From Planctomycetota bacterium (GTDB taxonomy: Bacteria; Planctomycetota; UBA8108; SXIK01), in contig OZ244999.1 of assembly GCA_965223265.1 (NCBI GenBank), forward strand, positions 7,072,001 through 7,136,000: a stretch of 64,000 nucleotides of DNA, in the 5' to 3' direction. Shown piece by piece: positions 1-9,904 of this stretch. The notes under the pieces were generated by a model, which was not told the DNA's origin, made no database searches, and saw only the letters and a list, made by a program, of their open reading frames with translations. The position numbers and the translations under genes were made by a program. Each line of letters starts with the position of its first letter. Position 1 is the first letter of the stretch.

Positions 1-1
1 G

Positions 2-679
2 GCCAATGCCAACGCGGTAGCGGAACACGTGATCGCTCTCATGTTTTCCATGGCGCGCCACATTCCGCCTGCCGATCGCATGGTCCGCGAAGGGCGATTC
101 AACGAAAAAGACAGTCTGCGCGGCGTCGAGCTCGCCGGGAAGACGCTCGGTGTCATCGGCCTCGGCCGCATCGGAAGACGCGTCGTAAACAAAGCGCACC
201 ATGGTCTCGGAATGAACGTCGCCGCATACGACCCTTTGCTTTCTCCTGATACCTACGACGGTCCGGCAACCCTGCAGGCGCGCCTCGAAGATGTCCTGCG
301 CGGATCCGACTTTTTGACGCTTCACGTGCCGCTCTCGGATGCGACTCGGCACTTGATCAACGCTGACAGCCTGGCGCTCATGAAATCGACCGCACGCATC
401 GTCAACACGTCGAGAGGTGCCGTGATTGACGAAGAGGCGCTGGCTACGGCGCTGAACGACGGCCGTTTGGCCGGCGCCGCGCTCGACGTTTTCGAAGCGG
501 AACCGCTGCCGGCCGACCACGTTCTGTGCAGCGCGGCGAACACGATCTTGACGCCGCATGTGGCGTCGTCCACGCGCGACGCCCTGGAGTCGATGGCTCG
601 CGAATCGGCACAAGCAGTCATTGCAGTGCTGGCTGGCGAGCGTCCCGAGCACTTGGTGAACCCCGACGCTTACGCGTGA
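2..679 (+). CDS. D-isomer-specific 2-hydroxyacid dehydrogenase (SerA-like), 5' end outside the window
   Basis: Frame is open from base 2 (ANANAVAEHV). Motifs GKTLGVIGLGRIG (NAD binding), LHVPL, VNTSRG, LDVFEAEP, TPHVA. Confidence 0.9.
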   Translation, partial: ANANAVAEHVIALMFSMARHIPPADRMVREGRFNEKDSLRGVELAGKTLGVIGLGRIGRRVVNKAHHGLGMNVAAYDPLLSPDTYDGPATLQARLEDVLRGSDFLTLHVPLSDATRHLINADSLALMKSTARIVNTSRGAVIDEEALATALNDGRLAGAALDVFEAEPLPADHVLCSAANTILTPHVASSTRDALESMARESAQAVIAVLAGERPEHLVNPDAYA

Positions 680-721
680 TCCCAGCGCTCTGCCGCCCAA
701 CCTGCCGCGCGCCGAAAATAC

Positions 722-783
722 TGCTAGATTTTTTAGCACTTTTTCATGGAAACTCGATCGCCATAGTGCTAAAAAAACCAGCA
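722..783. promoter_or_regulatory. Two palindromic operator boxes TGCTA-N7-(T/C)AGCA upstream of blaI
   Basis: TGCTAgatttttTAGCA at 722-738 and TGCTAaaaaaacCAGCA at 767-783, in an AT-rich patch of GC-rich DNA ahead of a BlaI-family repressor gene. Confidence 0.6.
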
Positions 784-918
784 CACCGTGCGACAATGCC
801 GATGACCATCGCGCAGGAATCAGCTCTGACATTTCACAGCCGCCGCCGTCTCACTTGATCTCGTCCCGTCCGCGTCTGGGATTGGGACGGCGCGGAGGGC
901 CACAACCCGGGGGGACGT

Positions 919-1305
919 ATGGCGTCAGGCTCACCATCACTCAGTCGCCGCGAGCGACAGATCATGGATATCATCTACGCCCGAGGTGAAGCTACCGCAG
1001 CACAAGTGCGGGCAGACTTAGCCGACGCGCCGAGCTATTCTGCGGTGCGGGCGCTGATCCGCATCCTCGAAGAAAAGGGGCACCTGAGGCACCGGCGCGA
1101 AGGCGTGCGCAACGTCTACTCGCCAACCAAGCCGCATCGGCATGCGGGTCGTTCGGCGCTCAAGAACGTGCTGGAGACGTTTTACAAGGGTGACGTCAGG
1201 CAAGCCGTCTCGGCGCTTCTCGACGTCTCTGAAGCTTCGATGTCCCGTAGCGAAATCAACCGCATCCAAAAACTAATCGAAAAAGCACGCAAGGAGGGTC
1301 GTTAG
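919..1305 (+). CDS. BlaI/MecI/CopY family transcriptional repressor
   Basis: LSRRERQIMDIIY, YSAVRALIRILEEKGHL winged HTH; directly upstream of an M56 gene. Confidence 0.92.
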   Translation: MASGSPSLSRRERQIMDIIYARGEATAAQVRADLADAPSYSAVRALIRILEEKGHLRHRREGVRNVYSPTKPHRHAGRSALKNVLETFYKGDVRQAVSALLDVSEASMSRSEINRIQKLIEKARKEGR

Positions 1306-1307
1306 TC

Positions 1308-4300
1308 ATGACGTTCATGCCACAACTGATCGACACGATCGCGTCGCATTTCAGCTCCGTCTATGTCGACATGCTGTTCCGAGGCGCCGCTCTTCTGTGC
1401 GGCGCCTGGTTGCTGACTCTGGCGCTGCGGCGGGCTTCTGCCGCGCTGCGCCATGCCGTCTGGACTGCCGCCTTCGTCGGTGTCGCGCTGCTGCCTGTAT
1501 TCTCTGCGCTGCTGCCGACCTGGAGCCTTGAAGTTTTTCGGGAGCGCTCGGTGGCTGTGAATTCACGAGTGCCTTTAAGAGTGCCGTCGAGAGTGCCTTC
1601 GAAAGTTCCCTCGATCAGAGCGCATTCATTGAGCGTGCAACCAGCGGCGAGTCCCAGCACGAACGCGACCAACGCAGCACGTACGGCAGCACCGACCGAA
1701 GGGGAATCATACGACACGACTAGGTTCTCGAGCGGCACGGCTACTCCTTCTGCGGACGCTCCAGCGCAACCGGCCGGAGCGCCGGAGCTGGCGACGTCGC
1801 CGCTCGCCTCAACGTCTACGGCGCCTCACACAATCACCGAAGCGCGTGTCGCAGACTCTGAAAGCCACCGTGCCGCAGCCGAAACGGCGCCCAAGGGCAA
1901 CGTCTCCGACTTGACGCGGTCTTCGCCGACGATCGCGTCATCAGAACGCCAGGGCGGGCGGGATGATCCCGAGGCAGACGCCAACCCTACGGCATACGAA
2001 ACAATAAGCGCTGCTGACGACCGTGCCCAAGCGACGGTCGCCGTCGCGCAGGCACGGAGACGACACACTGCCGCGGGAGACGTCAAATCTGCGTTGTCGC
2101 TGTTGCGACCAGTGAGCTGGAGCACCGTCACGTTCGGTGTGTTTCTGCTTGGCTCGCTCACGCTTCTTCTTCGCCTCGCGGTCGCAGTTGGGCGGGTCAC
2201 GCTCTTGGTGCGGCGTGCAGCGGTCATCGAGAACGACTCTCGACGCGACGCTCTCGACGCCGCGGCCGGGCGCCTCGCGCTGCGTCGCCCTCTCGTACTC
2301 CTTGAGAGCCCGCTCGTCGGAGTGCCCATGGTTTGGAACCCGTTGCCAATGGGAACGGCTTACGTTCTGATTCCGAACGACGCGGCGACGTGGCCCACTT
2401 CGAAGCTGCGCTTGGTCTTCCTCCATGAACTGGCGCACGTGCGCCGCAGCGATGGCTTCTGGCGCTTAGGAGCTCGTTTCGTCACAGCGCTGTCGTGGCC
2501 CAATCCGCTGGCGTGGTTCGCTCTCCGTCGACTCGAACTCGAGTCCGAGCTCGCGTGCGACGATGCGGTGATCGCGTCAGGGTGCCGCGCGTCGGCGTAT
2601 GCGGACGAGCTCCTCGCCATTGCGACGCGAGATGTTGACGATCGTTTCGCTCACCGCGCGGCTGTCGCCATGGCACGGCCAGGAAGACTCGAAGGCCGGC
2701 TGCTCGCTCTCCTTGACACAACGCGGAGCCGCGCGGCTCTCTCAGCACGCGGTCTGGCTCTGCTCCTCGTTGGGTTGATCGCGGGAACCGCGCCGCTCGC
2801 AATGATGCAGGCGGGCACGGAGGACGAGGGTGTGTTCGCAGCAGCGGACGCAGCGACGGACGAAGCAGCAGACGAGACATCGAGTCATGACAGCGCGCGA
2901 CGCGAAAGAGCCGTAGAAAAAGAGGTTGCGGAGGAACCGCGCGTGGCGGCGCCAGCGGGGGTTGGCGCCGCAGACGAGATTGCGGTGGAGACCGCCGACG
3001 GCGAACCAGCGGCGCCGGAGCTTGCGCCTCCGATTGCAGAGCCGGAATCGGTGCGTCCAGCATTGACCGTCGACGCGAGCCCGCCTGCGCCGACTCCGCC
3101 CTCCCTGCGGCTTGTAAGCCCAACGCCGCGCCGAGGGACGACGGCCAGGAAAGGCCATGGCGGGATCCGCGTGGTATTCTCAGGCAGCAGCATGCATGTG
3201 CATTTTGTCGGGCTCGCTGCGTATCCTTCCGGAGAGACGTGGTGGTCACCGGACGGTCGCCATCAAATCGCACCAGTCTATGAAGTCGTTGGCGCCGATG
3301 CAGCGGAAGGCGCGGCAAGGCAGACCGACCAACGCAGCTGGTACCAAGCCGCGGTGCGCGTCTGCGGCGCACCGAGTCGCCTGCGCCTGACCGCGACGGT
3401 GGCGAACGACCCAACTCCGGTCGAAGCGATCCGAACGACTCACCGAGAGGACTACTGGGGTTTCATTTTCAGCGTCCCCGTTGCGACGCGTGAGACATCG
3501 CTTCGACTTGACTTCGAGCGCGACAGTCGTCGCCAAGAGAGCGACGCGGAGCGCCGCAGCAAGAACAAAGACGAGAAGTGCAACTCGAGGCGAAAGCGTC
3601 GCGCCAAGCGCTCAGTTCAGCCAGCCAGTGACACCAAGCACTCGGTTGAGCTCGACTCCATCTCGCTGGAGCCGGCGCATCAGACGAACCCGGAGGCGCG
3701 GGTCATAACGCAAGAGTCATCAGTGCGGATCGAGCAGCCAGCGCCAGTCGTGGTGGGCGTAGCGCCGCATGATCGCGCGATCAAAACCCTGCCCATGCCT
3801 CGCAGTTTGGACATCGCGGGCGTTCCGCCGACCGTCACGCACCTCCTGCACAACCTTGGATCGCAACCGGCTGAGCACCCGGCCGTCACTGCAGTGCGGT
3901 CGTGGGCGCAGCATGCCTTCGCCGGCGAAGACGAGGCCGCGCCGCAATTCGTGGCCCCGGGGGCGAGTGTCACGGCAAGCGATCTTCGCAGCATCGATGT
4001 AGCGCGACTCGTCCGCATAAAGTCCGGCTACGCCAACGACCGCGCGGCGTTGCTGATCACAGGCGTCGTCGTGGCGCAGGGCCGTGACCCTGGTGTCCTG
4101 GTACTTCGCGTCGTGCGTTTCGATGAGCACTGGCTCGTCCACGATGTCGATCTGGCGTCAAAAGAGGAAGCCGCGGAGCAAATCGAGGGATTTCAGATTC
4201 ATCCAGGGGTTCAGCCTATCGACACTGACGACGTGAAGCTCGGCCGCGGGAGTGCCGGTGCGGGCGAACCCGCGGCCACTGTGCGCCTTTGGCTCCGACT

Positions 4301-4856
4301 GGCGCAGGCGGGGCTCACCGACGAGGCCGAAGCGCTCTACGTCAAAGATCGCGAAACCAACGATGCGAGACGCCTGACGAGCCACTATGCGTCGGAGGCC
4401 ATCTCCCTCGCCGAAGGTTGGAGCTCCGATGCCAGAGCAGTCGTTCTCTCGTCGTATGTGCCCGTGGTCGAGACGCGCGAAAGAACTCGAAGGAAGAAGA
4501 AACGGCAAGACATCTTCGAACCGGTTCGCATCGTGACGAACCAGCATCACGTACTCATCTTTCATCTCCAGCTCGTCGACGGCGGCTGGCTGATCGACGA
4601 CGTCGACTTTTCCGACCCCGATGTCGCACAACAGCGCGTCAAAGGCTTTCGCGGTTACCCGGGTGTTCGCCAGCTCGGCGGCGTCAACACGAATGGTGGA
4701 GCCATCGAACCGGGCACGCTCGAAGGCGCAGGGCAGTTCTGGGACGTGCAACCGTCAGAAGTCGACATCAGTCCGAACGACGCTCCGGACGACACCGAGA
4801 CTCGGGGCGTCGAGGACTCGGAGGCGCCCGCAGAGAGTCGTGGAGCGCGACAATGA
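1308..4856 (+). CDS. M56 (BlaR1/MecR1-like) membrane metallopeptidase with large C-terminal extracytoplasmic region
   Basis: RRASAALRHAVW N-terminal TM segment, HELAHVRRSD zinc motif, WPNPLAW, ELACDDAV, AYADELL; starts 2 nt after blaI. Confidence 0.9.
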   Translation: MTFMPQLIDTIASHFSSVYVDMLFRGAALLCGAWLLTLALRRASAALRHAVWTAAFVGVALLPVFSALLPTWSLEVFRERSVAVNSRVPLRVPSRVPSKVPSIRAHSLSVQPAASPSTNATNAARTAAPTEGESYDTTRFSSGTATPSADAPAQPAGAPELATSPLASTSTAPHTITEARVADSESHRAAAETAPKGNVSDLTRSSPTIASSERQGGRDDPEADANPTAYETISAADDRAQATVAVAQARRRHTAAGDVKSALSLLRPVSWSTVTFGVFLLGSLTLLLRLAVAVGRVTLLVRRAAVIENDSRRDALDAAAGRLALRRPLVLLESPLVGVPMVWNPLPMGTAYVLIPNDAATWPTSKLRLVFLHELAHVRRSDGFWRLGARFVTALSWPNPLAWFALRRLELESELACDDAVIASGCRASAYADELLAIATRDVDDRFAHRAAVAMARPGRLEGRLLALLDTTRSRAALSARGLALLLVGLIAGTAPLAMMQAGTEDEGVFAAADAATDEAADETSSHDSARRERAVEKEVAEEPRVAAPAGVGAADEIAVETADGEPAAPELAPPIAEPESVRPALTVDASPPAPTPPSLRLVSPTPRRGTTARKGHGGIRVVFSGSSMHVHFVGLAAYPSGETWWSPDGRHQIAPVYEVVGADAAEGAARQTDQRSWYQAAVRVCGAPSRLRLTATVANDPTPVEAIRTTHREDYWGFIFSVPVATRETSLRLDFERDSRRQESDAERRSKNKDEKCNSRRKRRAKRSVQPASDTKHSVELDSISLEPAHQTNPEARVITQESSVRIEQPAPVVVGVAPHDRAIKTLPMPRSLDIAGVPPTVTHLLHNLGSQPAEHPAVTAVRSWAQHAFAGEDEAAPQFVAPGASVTASDLRSIDVARLVRIKSGYANDRAALLITGVVVAQGRDPGVLVLRVVRFDEHWLVHDVDLASKEEAAEQIEGFQIHPGVQPIDTDDVKLGRGSAGAGEPAATVRLWLRLAQAGLTDEAEALYVKDRETNDARRLTSHYASEAISLAEGWSSDARAVVLSSYVPVVETRERTRRKKKRQDIFEPVRIVTNQHHVLIFHLQLVDGGWLIDDVDFSDPDVAQQRVKGFRGYPGVRQLGGVNTNGGAIEPGTLEGAGQFWDVQPSEVDISPNDAPDDTETRGVEDSEAPAESRGARQ

Positions 4857-5400
4857 ACTTTGGGAGCCATTCTTGACGCAGCAGTCTGTGTCTCGGTAGT
4901 GAAGACAACACCCGCTCACGGCGTCGCGACATCGGTATCGACGCCAACGTTGAAAACGATGGTGAGCAACAACGGCGAAGGGTGCGTCAGTAGCGACTTT
5001 TCGAGACGCGGCGGCACGCGGAGCCTACTTCATCGCAGATGATTGCCGATCCGTCTCGAACGTCGCTCATGCGCGCGACCGCCAACCGATGGCGTGACTT
5101 GCCGTCATTTCCTTTCTTGGGCGTTGAGCCGGACAACACACGACGCCCTCACAGACACCGAGGGTCGCCGGCACCGAGCGCCACGGGTCATCCGCAGTGT
5201 TGCCCCTAACGCGAGCCGACGCGCGGTCGTTACATGCCCGTTACACGAAGCATGCCGGCGCCCGGGCACTTTTTCTCAAAACGATCCCAAAGAAATGCGG
5301 CCGCATGGGCGTCGTTTGAGTAGAAGCGCTTCCCCCTCCTTGCTCGCCGTGCACACGGCGCCATTTCTTCGTACTCCCAAGATGTGAAAGGAAACTGAAC

Positions 5401-7008
5401 ATGGCCCGCCAAAGAAAGACTTCACCCCTTCTATTCATCATCGGCCTCGGCCTCGCGCTCACCGTGGGGCTGCTCGCTGAGACCATTGCACAACCCGAAA
5501 AACCGGGCACGCCGATTGCAGTCGACGGCGCAGAACGAAAAGACGAAAAGAAGCGCTGCTACCGGACGCAAAGACCAAGACCGGAGACCACCGCCGCACC
5601 TCTTCGAGCTCGTGGCTGCGAGCTCGAGGTCTCGAATCCTGAAGTCCCGACAGTCAGCCCGCCTGAGACTTCGACGACGAAAACAACAGACGCCGCCGCG
5701 GCGCGTTCAGACGATCAGCCGCCGGTGGTCAAAGCGACGCCGCAGGACGTCAACGCAACGGATGGAGACTCCCCAGACGCGACGGATCCGACGGCAGCTT
5801 CTGGCGCGGCGACTGGGGCGCTCAACGAGATTCCTCCGACGAACGTCGACACTCCTCTGCCAGCATTCGTTGCGCGTGGCCTGGACTGGCTCGTCAAAGC
5901 GCAGCACGAGAATGGCGGCTGGGGCGCTGGCTCGCACGCCAACCAGCAGCAGCGAGACGCACGCGCTGTCTCGACAGACCCTGCGACGACCGCCTTCACG
6001 GCCATGAGTCTGTTGCGACTCGGACATTCACCGATCTCTGGCGAGTACCGCGACGCCGTACGGCGCGCTACCGAGTACCTTTTACGGACGGTTGAGAACG
6101 CCGACGCCGCCGGACCGCGCATCACCAACCTCCAAGGCACGCAGCCGCAAGCCAAGCTCGGGCCGCTCGTCGATACGTCGATGACGACGCAGTTCCTCGC
6201 CCGCCTCCTCCCGCTCGTGAAGTCCGACGCTGCACTGCACCGCCGCGTCGACACGGCGCTCGACAAGTGTATCGCCAAGCTCGAAAGCTCTCAGCAGACG
6301 AACGGTAGCTGGGGTGGCGGCGGTTGGGCGCCGGTGCTGCAGTCCTCCATCGGCTGCACTGCGCTCGAGCTCGCGCGCGGCGTCGGCAAGGAAGTGTCGA
6401 GCGACTCTCTCAAGCGCGCACGTGAATACCAAAAGAACACTGTCGATATCGACAGTGGTCGCGCCAAGGCCGGCGATGCAGCTGGCGTCGAGCTCTACGC
6501 CTTTTCGTCCGCACAGCGTGCCAACGCCGAGGAAGCGAGGCGTGCCGACGACATCGTCGAAAAAGCAAAACGCGAGGGCAAGATCGATCAGAACGCCGAA
6601 GTCGATGAGAAGACGCTGCGTCAGATCGGCGTGGCCGCGCCGCAAGCCCGGGCGCTCAGCGATGCCTGGAAGCTTACTGCCGCACAGAATGCCAGACTCG
6701 ACGACGAGAGCCTTCTTTCGGGGTTCGGCAACAACGGCGGCGAGGAGTTCTTGAGCTACCTGACGACGAGCGAGTCGTTGATCATCACGGGCGGCGACGC
6801 GTGGACAAAGTGGAATCGTAAAATGCACGAGCGTCTGGCGAAGGTGCAAAACCAAGACGGCAGCTGGACGGGGCACCACTGCATCACCAGCCCAGTCTTC
6901 TGCACCGCCGCCGCAGTCCAGTGTTTGACCGTCGCGCGGGACACACAGTTCGCTGCCAAAACGCAGCCCGTTCTGGTCGGTCAAAACACGACACGGGTAC
7001 AGCGATGA
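5401..7008 (+). CDS. Membrane-anchored prenyltransferase/squalene-cyclase (QW)-repeat protein
   Basis: N-terminal hydrophobic segment, P/T/A-rich linker, repeats GLDWLVKAQHENGGW, SQQTNGSW, VQNQDGSW; RBS GAAAGGAA. Confidence 0.75.
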   Translation: MARQRKTSPLLFIIGLGLALTVGLLAETIAQPEKPGTPIAVDGAERKDEKKRCYRTQRPRPETTAAPLRARGCELEVSNPEVPTVSPPETSTTKTTDAAAARSDDQPPVVKATPQDVNATDGDSPDATDPTAASGAATGALNEIPPTNVDTPLPAFVARGLDWLVKAQHENGGWGAGSHANQQQRDARAVSTDPATTAFTAMSLLRLGHSPISGEYRDAVRRATEYLLRTVENADAAGPRITNLQGTQPQAKLGPLVDTSMTTQFLARLLPLVKSDAALHRRVDTALDKCIAKLESSQQTNGSWGGGGWAPVLQSSIGCTALELARGVGKEVSSDSLKRAREYQKNTVDIDSGRAKAGDAAGVELYAFSSAQRANAEEARRADDIVEKAKREGKIDQNAEVDEKTLRQIGVAAPQARALSDAWKLTAAQNARLDDESLLSGFGNNGGEEFLSYLTTSESLIITGGDAWTKWNRKMHERLAKVQNQDGSWTGHHCITSPVFCTAAAVQCLTVARDTQFAAKTQPVLVGQNTTRVQR

Positions 7009-8327
7009 GCCACAGATCCGGACCTCGAGACACAACTCCAATCGCGCCTCTCTTGAGTCGGCGCAACTTCCTAACGTTCGGGATGGGGAGCCTCGCCGCT
7101 GGCGGGGCTCTCTGCCTCGGGCTCCCCCGTTTCGGGTCGGTGACGTCGGGCGCCGTGAACTGCAAGCAACGCGAGGTGTCCGCGGAGGCGGCCAAGATCC
7201 TTGCGCGTGCGGCCAAGTTCCTCGAGGCCGCTCAAGACACCGACGGAGCCTGGAGGAGCCAACGCTACAGCTTCTTTCGCTCCGGCGATGCACTGACGCC
7301 GTTCGTGTTGAACTCGCTGCAGCTCGCAGGGGTGGCACCCACGTCTGCATGCCATCGAGGCGACGAGCGCAGCGCTTTCGATTTCCTCCGCGCCGCGGTC
7401 AACTCCGACGGCGTGCTCGGCATGGGCGAGGATGAAGCATCTGGCTATCCGACCTATGCCACGGCGCTCGCTCTCCGCTGTCTGGCGGCGGTCGAGGACC
7501 GCGGCGACCGCGAACTCATACGTCGCATGAGAAAAACTCTCCTCGACTGGCAATACTCTGAAATGCATGGCTACGGCGTCGATTCTCTGGCCTACGGCGC
7601 GTGGGGATTCGCAGCACCGCTCGCCTCGGCAGTCGTCGGACACGTCGACGTCTCCTACACGCGCCACGTTTTGGAGGCGCTCGCGGCATCAGGTGGTTGC
7701 CCGCGCGACTACGCCGCTCGTGCACTCGTTTTCCTTCGACTCGTTCAACGCCACCCCGACGAGACGAGGCGGCAACCGCCCGCGATGACTTCGAGTTCCA
7801 CCGGGGCACGCGACACTAGCGATGTCGAGAGCGACCAGCAGGCGTCTACGGGCGTGCCGTTCGACGGCGGTTTTTACTTTTCGCCGATCGTTCTCGCCGC
7901 CAACAAGGGCGGCACGGCGCGGACCACAGACGGCAATGATTACTTCCGCAGCTACGCCACGGCGACAGGCGAAGGTGCGCTCGCACTCATTGCGTCTGGC
8001 TTGCCCGTTACCGACGCTCGCGTCGTCGGCGCGCGTCAGTGGCTGGAACGCCATGCTGGCTTCGCGTCACCGGCAGGAATTCCCTCCAGCGACCCCAACG
8101 GCTGGGCCGACGCCGTCTTCTTCACGCATCTCGAGTCGCGAGCTCTGGCATCGGCTGCGATCGGTGTGCCTGGGCCGTGGCGAGAGGAACTCGTGACGTT
8201 GCTAGCGGCGACGCAGCGACGCGATGGCAGCTTCAGTAACGAGAAGAACCACTTGATGAAAGAAGACGACCCGGTTCTCGCGACCGCACTGGCGGTGCGC
8301 GCACTATCCGCCGTGGTTCGCGGATGA
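7005..8327 (+). CDS. Tat-exported prenyltransferase/squalene-cyclase (QW)-repeat protein
   Basis: ATGA overlap with the upstream stop; Tat motif SRRNFL; repeats AQDTDGAW, QRRDGSF, DGGFYF. Confidence 0.72.
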   Translation: MSHRSGPRDTTPIAPLLSRRNFLTFGMGSLAAGGALCLGLPRFGSVTSGAVNCKQREVSAEAAKILARAAKFLEAAQDTDGAWRSQRYSFFRSGDALTPFVLNSLQLAGVAPTSACHRGDERSAFDFLRAAVNSDGVLGMGEDEASGYPTYATALALRCLAAVEDRGDRELIRRMRKTLLDWQYSEMHGYGVDSLAYGAWGFAAPLASAVVGHVDVSYTRHVLEALAASGGCPRDYAARALVFLRLVQRHPDETRRQPPAMTSSSTGARDTSDVESDQQASTGVPFDGGFYFSPIVLAANKGGTARTTDGNDYFRSYATATGEGALALIASGLPVTDARVVGARQWLERHAGFASPAGIPSSDPNGWADAVFFTHLESRALASAAIGVPGPWREELVTLLAATQRRDGSFSNEKNHLMKEDDPVLATALAVRALSAVVRG

Positions 8328-8379
8328 AGACTCGAGTTTGCCGTCGAAAGACGCGCCGGGAACAACCCATTGAAAGCAG

Positions 8380-9252
8380 CTACGCTAAAGGACGATCCTG
8401 TACACACGTTAGGCGGTCGTGGATCGACAGGACAAACTCTAGCGCCGGATGCACGCTCGATTCGCCAAAGGAGCCAACGAAGGAGCACGTACTGTAGTGC
8501 GAAGCACGGCGCTCGTAGACTTCTTCCCAGGAGCGATAACGGCGTTCGTCTTCCACGTTCGCGAATGGAAAGCGTGTCGGTGGTCGCGGTGCACGACATC
8601 GCCAAAACTTCGGTGACAAACGGGCGCGAAAGCAGGCCTGGGTTTCACACAGTTTGGTGTAGAGAGGATCCGAACCGAGCTCCTCAAGAAGCTCTCTTGT
8701 CTCACCGGCAAGAGGGTCGTAAGGACGGTGCGTCACGAGGCAGCGGAACCCACCGGCGGTGCGATAGAGCCGCACGCCCATCTCCGGACGTCGACGCGTG
8801 AGCGCGGTGAGCTTCGCGACAACCGGGGCGTCAGCGACGGGCTGGTTGCGGCGAAAGAGTCGTCGCCAAACGTCCGTCAGCGAGCGCACTGGGGGCGGCT
8901 CCGGGTCGTCGACGTCGGCGAAAAAGAATTCGGCCGCGTTCAAGACGATCGACCCGTAAGCGTTGCGGGTCAACACCGCGACGATGCGGTCAGCATGGGT
9001 AAACTCTTCGATCACCTCTTCACGAAACGGGCGATCGAGGTAGCCGTAGGCATCGGGCGGTTGTGATTCTCTCGGTCCGCTGGCCCGGTCGCGCGACTGC
9101 GCCGAGCGTGAAGCGGCGTGAGCGGCTGCTGCCGCTTCGCGCCGAGCGTCGTCAAGGCTCACGTTCGAGTGCCCGAAAAAGGTGAGCTGCTTGTGGCCTG
9201 AGTCGGTCTCAACGCGGGCGTAATCTCGCGCCCAGTACTTGAAGAATCTCAC
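8380..9252 (-). CDS. Conserved hypothetical protein, possibly AEP/primase-like fold
   Basis: GTG start 1 nt after the upstream GNAT stop; blocks TRNAYGS, FFADVD, RLYRTAGGFR, DPLY, CFRARLSPK. Confidence 0.7.
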   Translation of the reverse strand: MRFFKYWARDYARVETDSGHKQLTFFGHSNVSLDDARREAAAAAHAASRSAQSRDRASGPRESQPPDAYGYLDRPFREEVIEEFTHADRIVAVLTRNAYGSIVLNAAEFFFADVDDPEPPPVRSLTDVWRRLFRRNQPVADAPVVAKLTALTRRRPEMGVRLYRTAGGFRCLVTHRPYDPLAGETRELLEELGSDPLYTKLCETQACFRARLSPKFWRCRAPRPPTRFPFANVEDERRYRSWEEVYERRASHYSTCSFVGSFGESSVHPALEFVLSIHDRLTCVQDRPLA

Positions 9253-9253
9253 G

Positions 9254-9904
9254 CTACGGGTCCAAGGGTTTGGATTCATTCGAATCCGAAAGCGGCGACC
9301 ACTCGACGGCAAGCAGGCCGTAGAGCTCTAGGTCTTCCCAAACGCCCCATCGCTCCACGTGCTGCCGCTGCCGTCCTTCATGCTGCATGCCGAGTTTTCG
9401 CAGCACACGCCCGGAAGCGGGATTGCGCGGTAGGTGGTTGGCGTAAACGCGCCGCACCCTCAGCACTGTAAAGGCATGGTCGATGACGGCGCGGGCGGCC
9501 TCCGTGCAGAAGCCTTGGTTCCAATGAGTTGTGGCGATCCAGTATCCAAGCTCGGCGCGGGAGTGACGAAGATCGATAGAGCTGAGCCCGATCGATCCAA
9601 GCAGCTCGCCGCTGGCGCGAAGCGTGATCGCAAATTGCACTGCTTCGCCGGACTCGAATGCACCCGGGTGCGTCGCGATCCACTCGTCGGCCATTTCCCG
9701 TTCGTACGGGTGAGGTACGTTCAGAGTCGTGTCCGCGATGGCGCGCTCACCGGCGAGTCGCGAAAGGTCCGCGGCGTCCGATGGCGCGAACGGCCGGAGC
9801 AGGAGTCTGGGAGTCGCGATGCTTGGGGGTTTCGGCATGACTTCAAATGGACCCAACTCAACGTCCGCGAAGAGGTCCGGCTCCTCGTCGAGGTGAGCTG
9901 TCAA
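9254..9904 (-). CDS. GNAT N-acetyltransferase, RimJ/RimL family
   Basis: TPRLLLRPF, AELGYWI, WNQGFCTEA, NPASGRVLRKLGM. Start codon uncertain. Confidence 0.9.
   Translation of the reverse strand: MTAHLDEEPDLFADVELGPFEVMPKPPSIATPRLLLRPFAPSDAADLSRLAGERAIADTTLNVPHPYEREMADEWIATHPGAFESGEAVQFAITLRASGELLGSIGLSSIDLRHSRAELGYWIATTHWNQGFCTEAARAVIDHAFTVLRVRRVYANHLPRNPASGRVLRKLGMQHEGRQRQHVERWGVWEDLELYGLLAVEWSPLSDSNESKPLDP

Noticed and set aside
3550-4510. Basic runs (SRRKRRAKR, RRKKKR) as nuclear localisation signals
   Set aside because: They sit in the extracytoplasmic part of a membrane sensor; nothing supports host delivery.
4857-5400. Short ORFs or an ncRNA in the 540-nt intergenic gap
   Set aside because: The ORFs are Arg/Ser-rich with no recognisable motifs or RBS; no recognisable RNA family.
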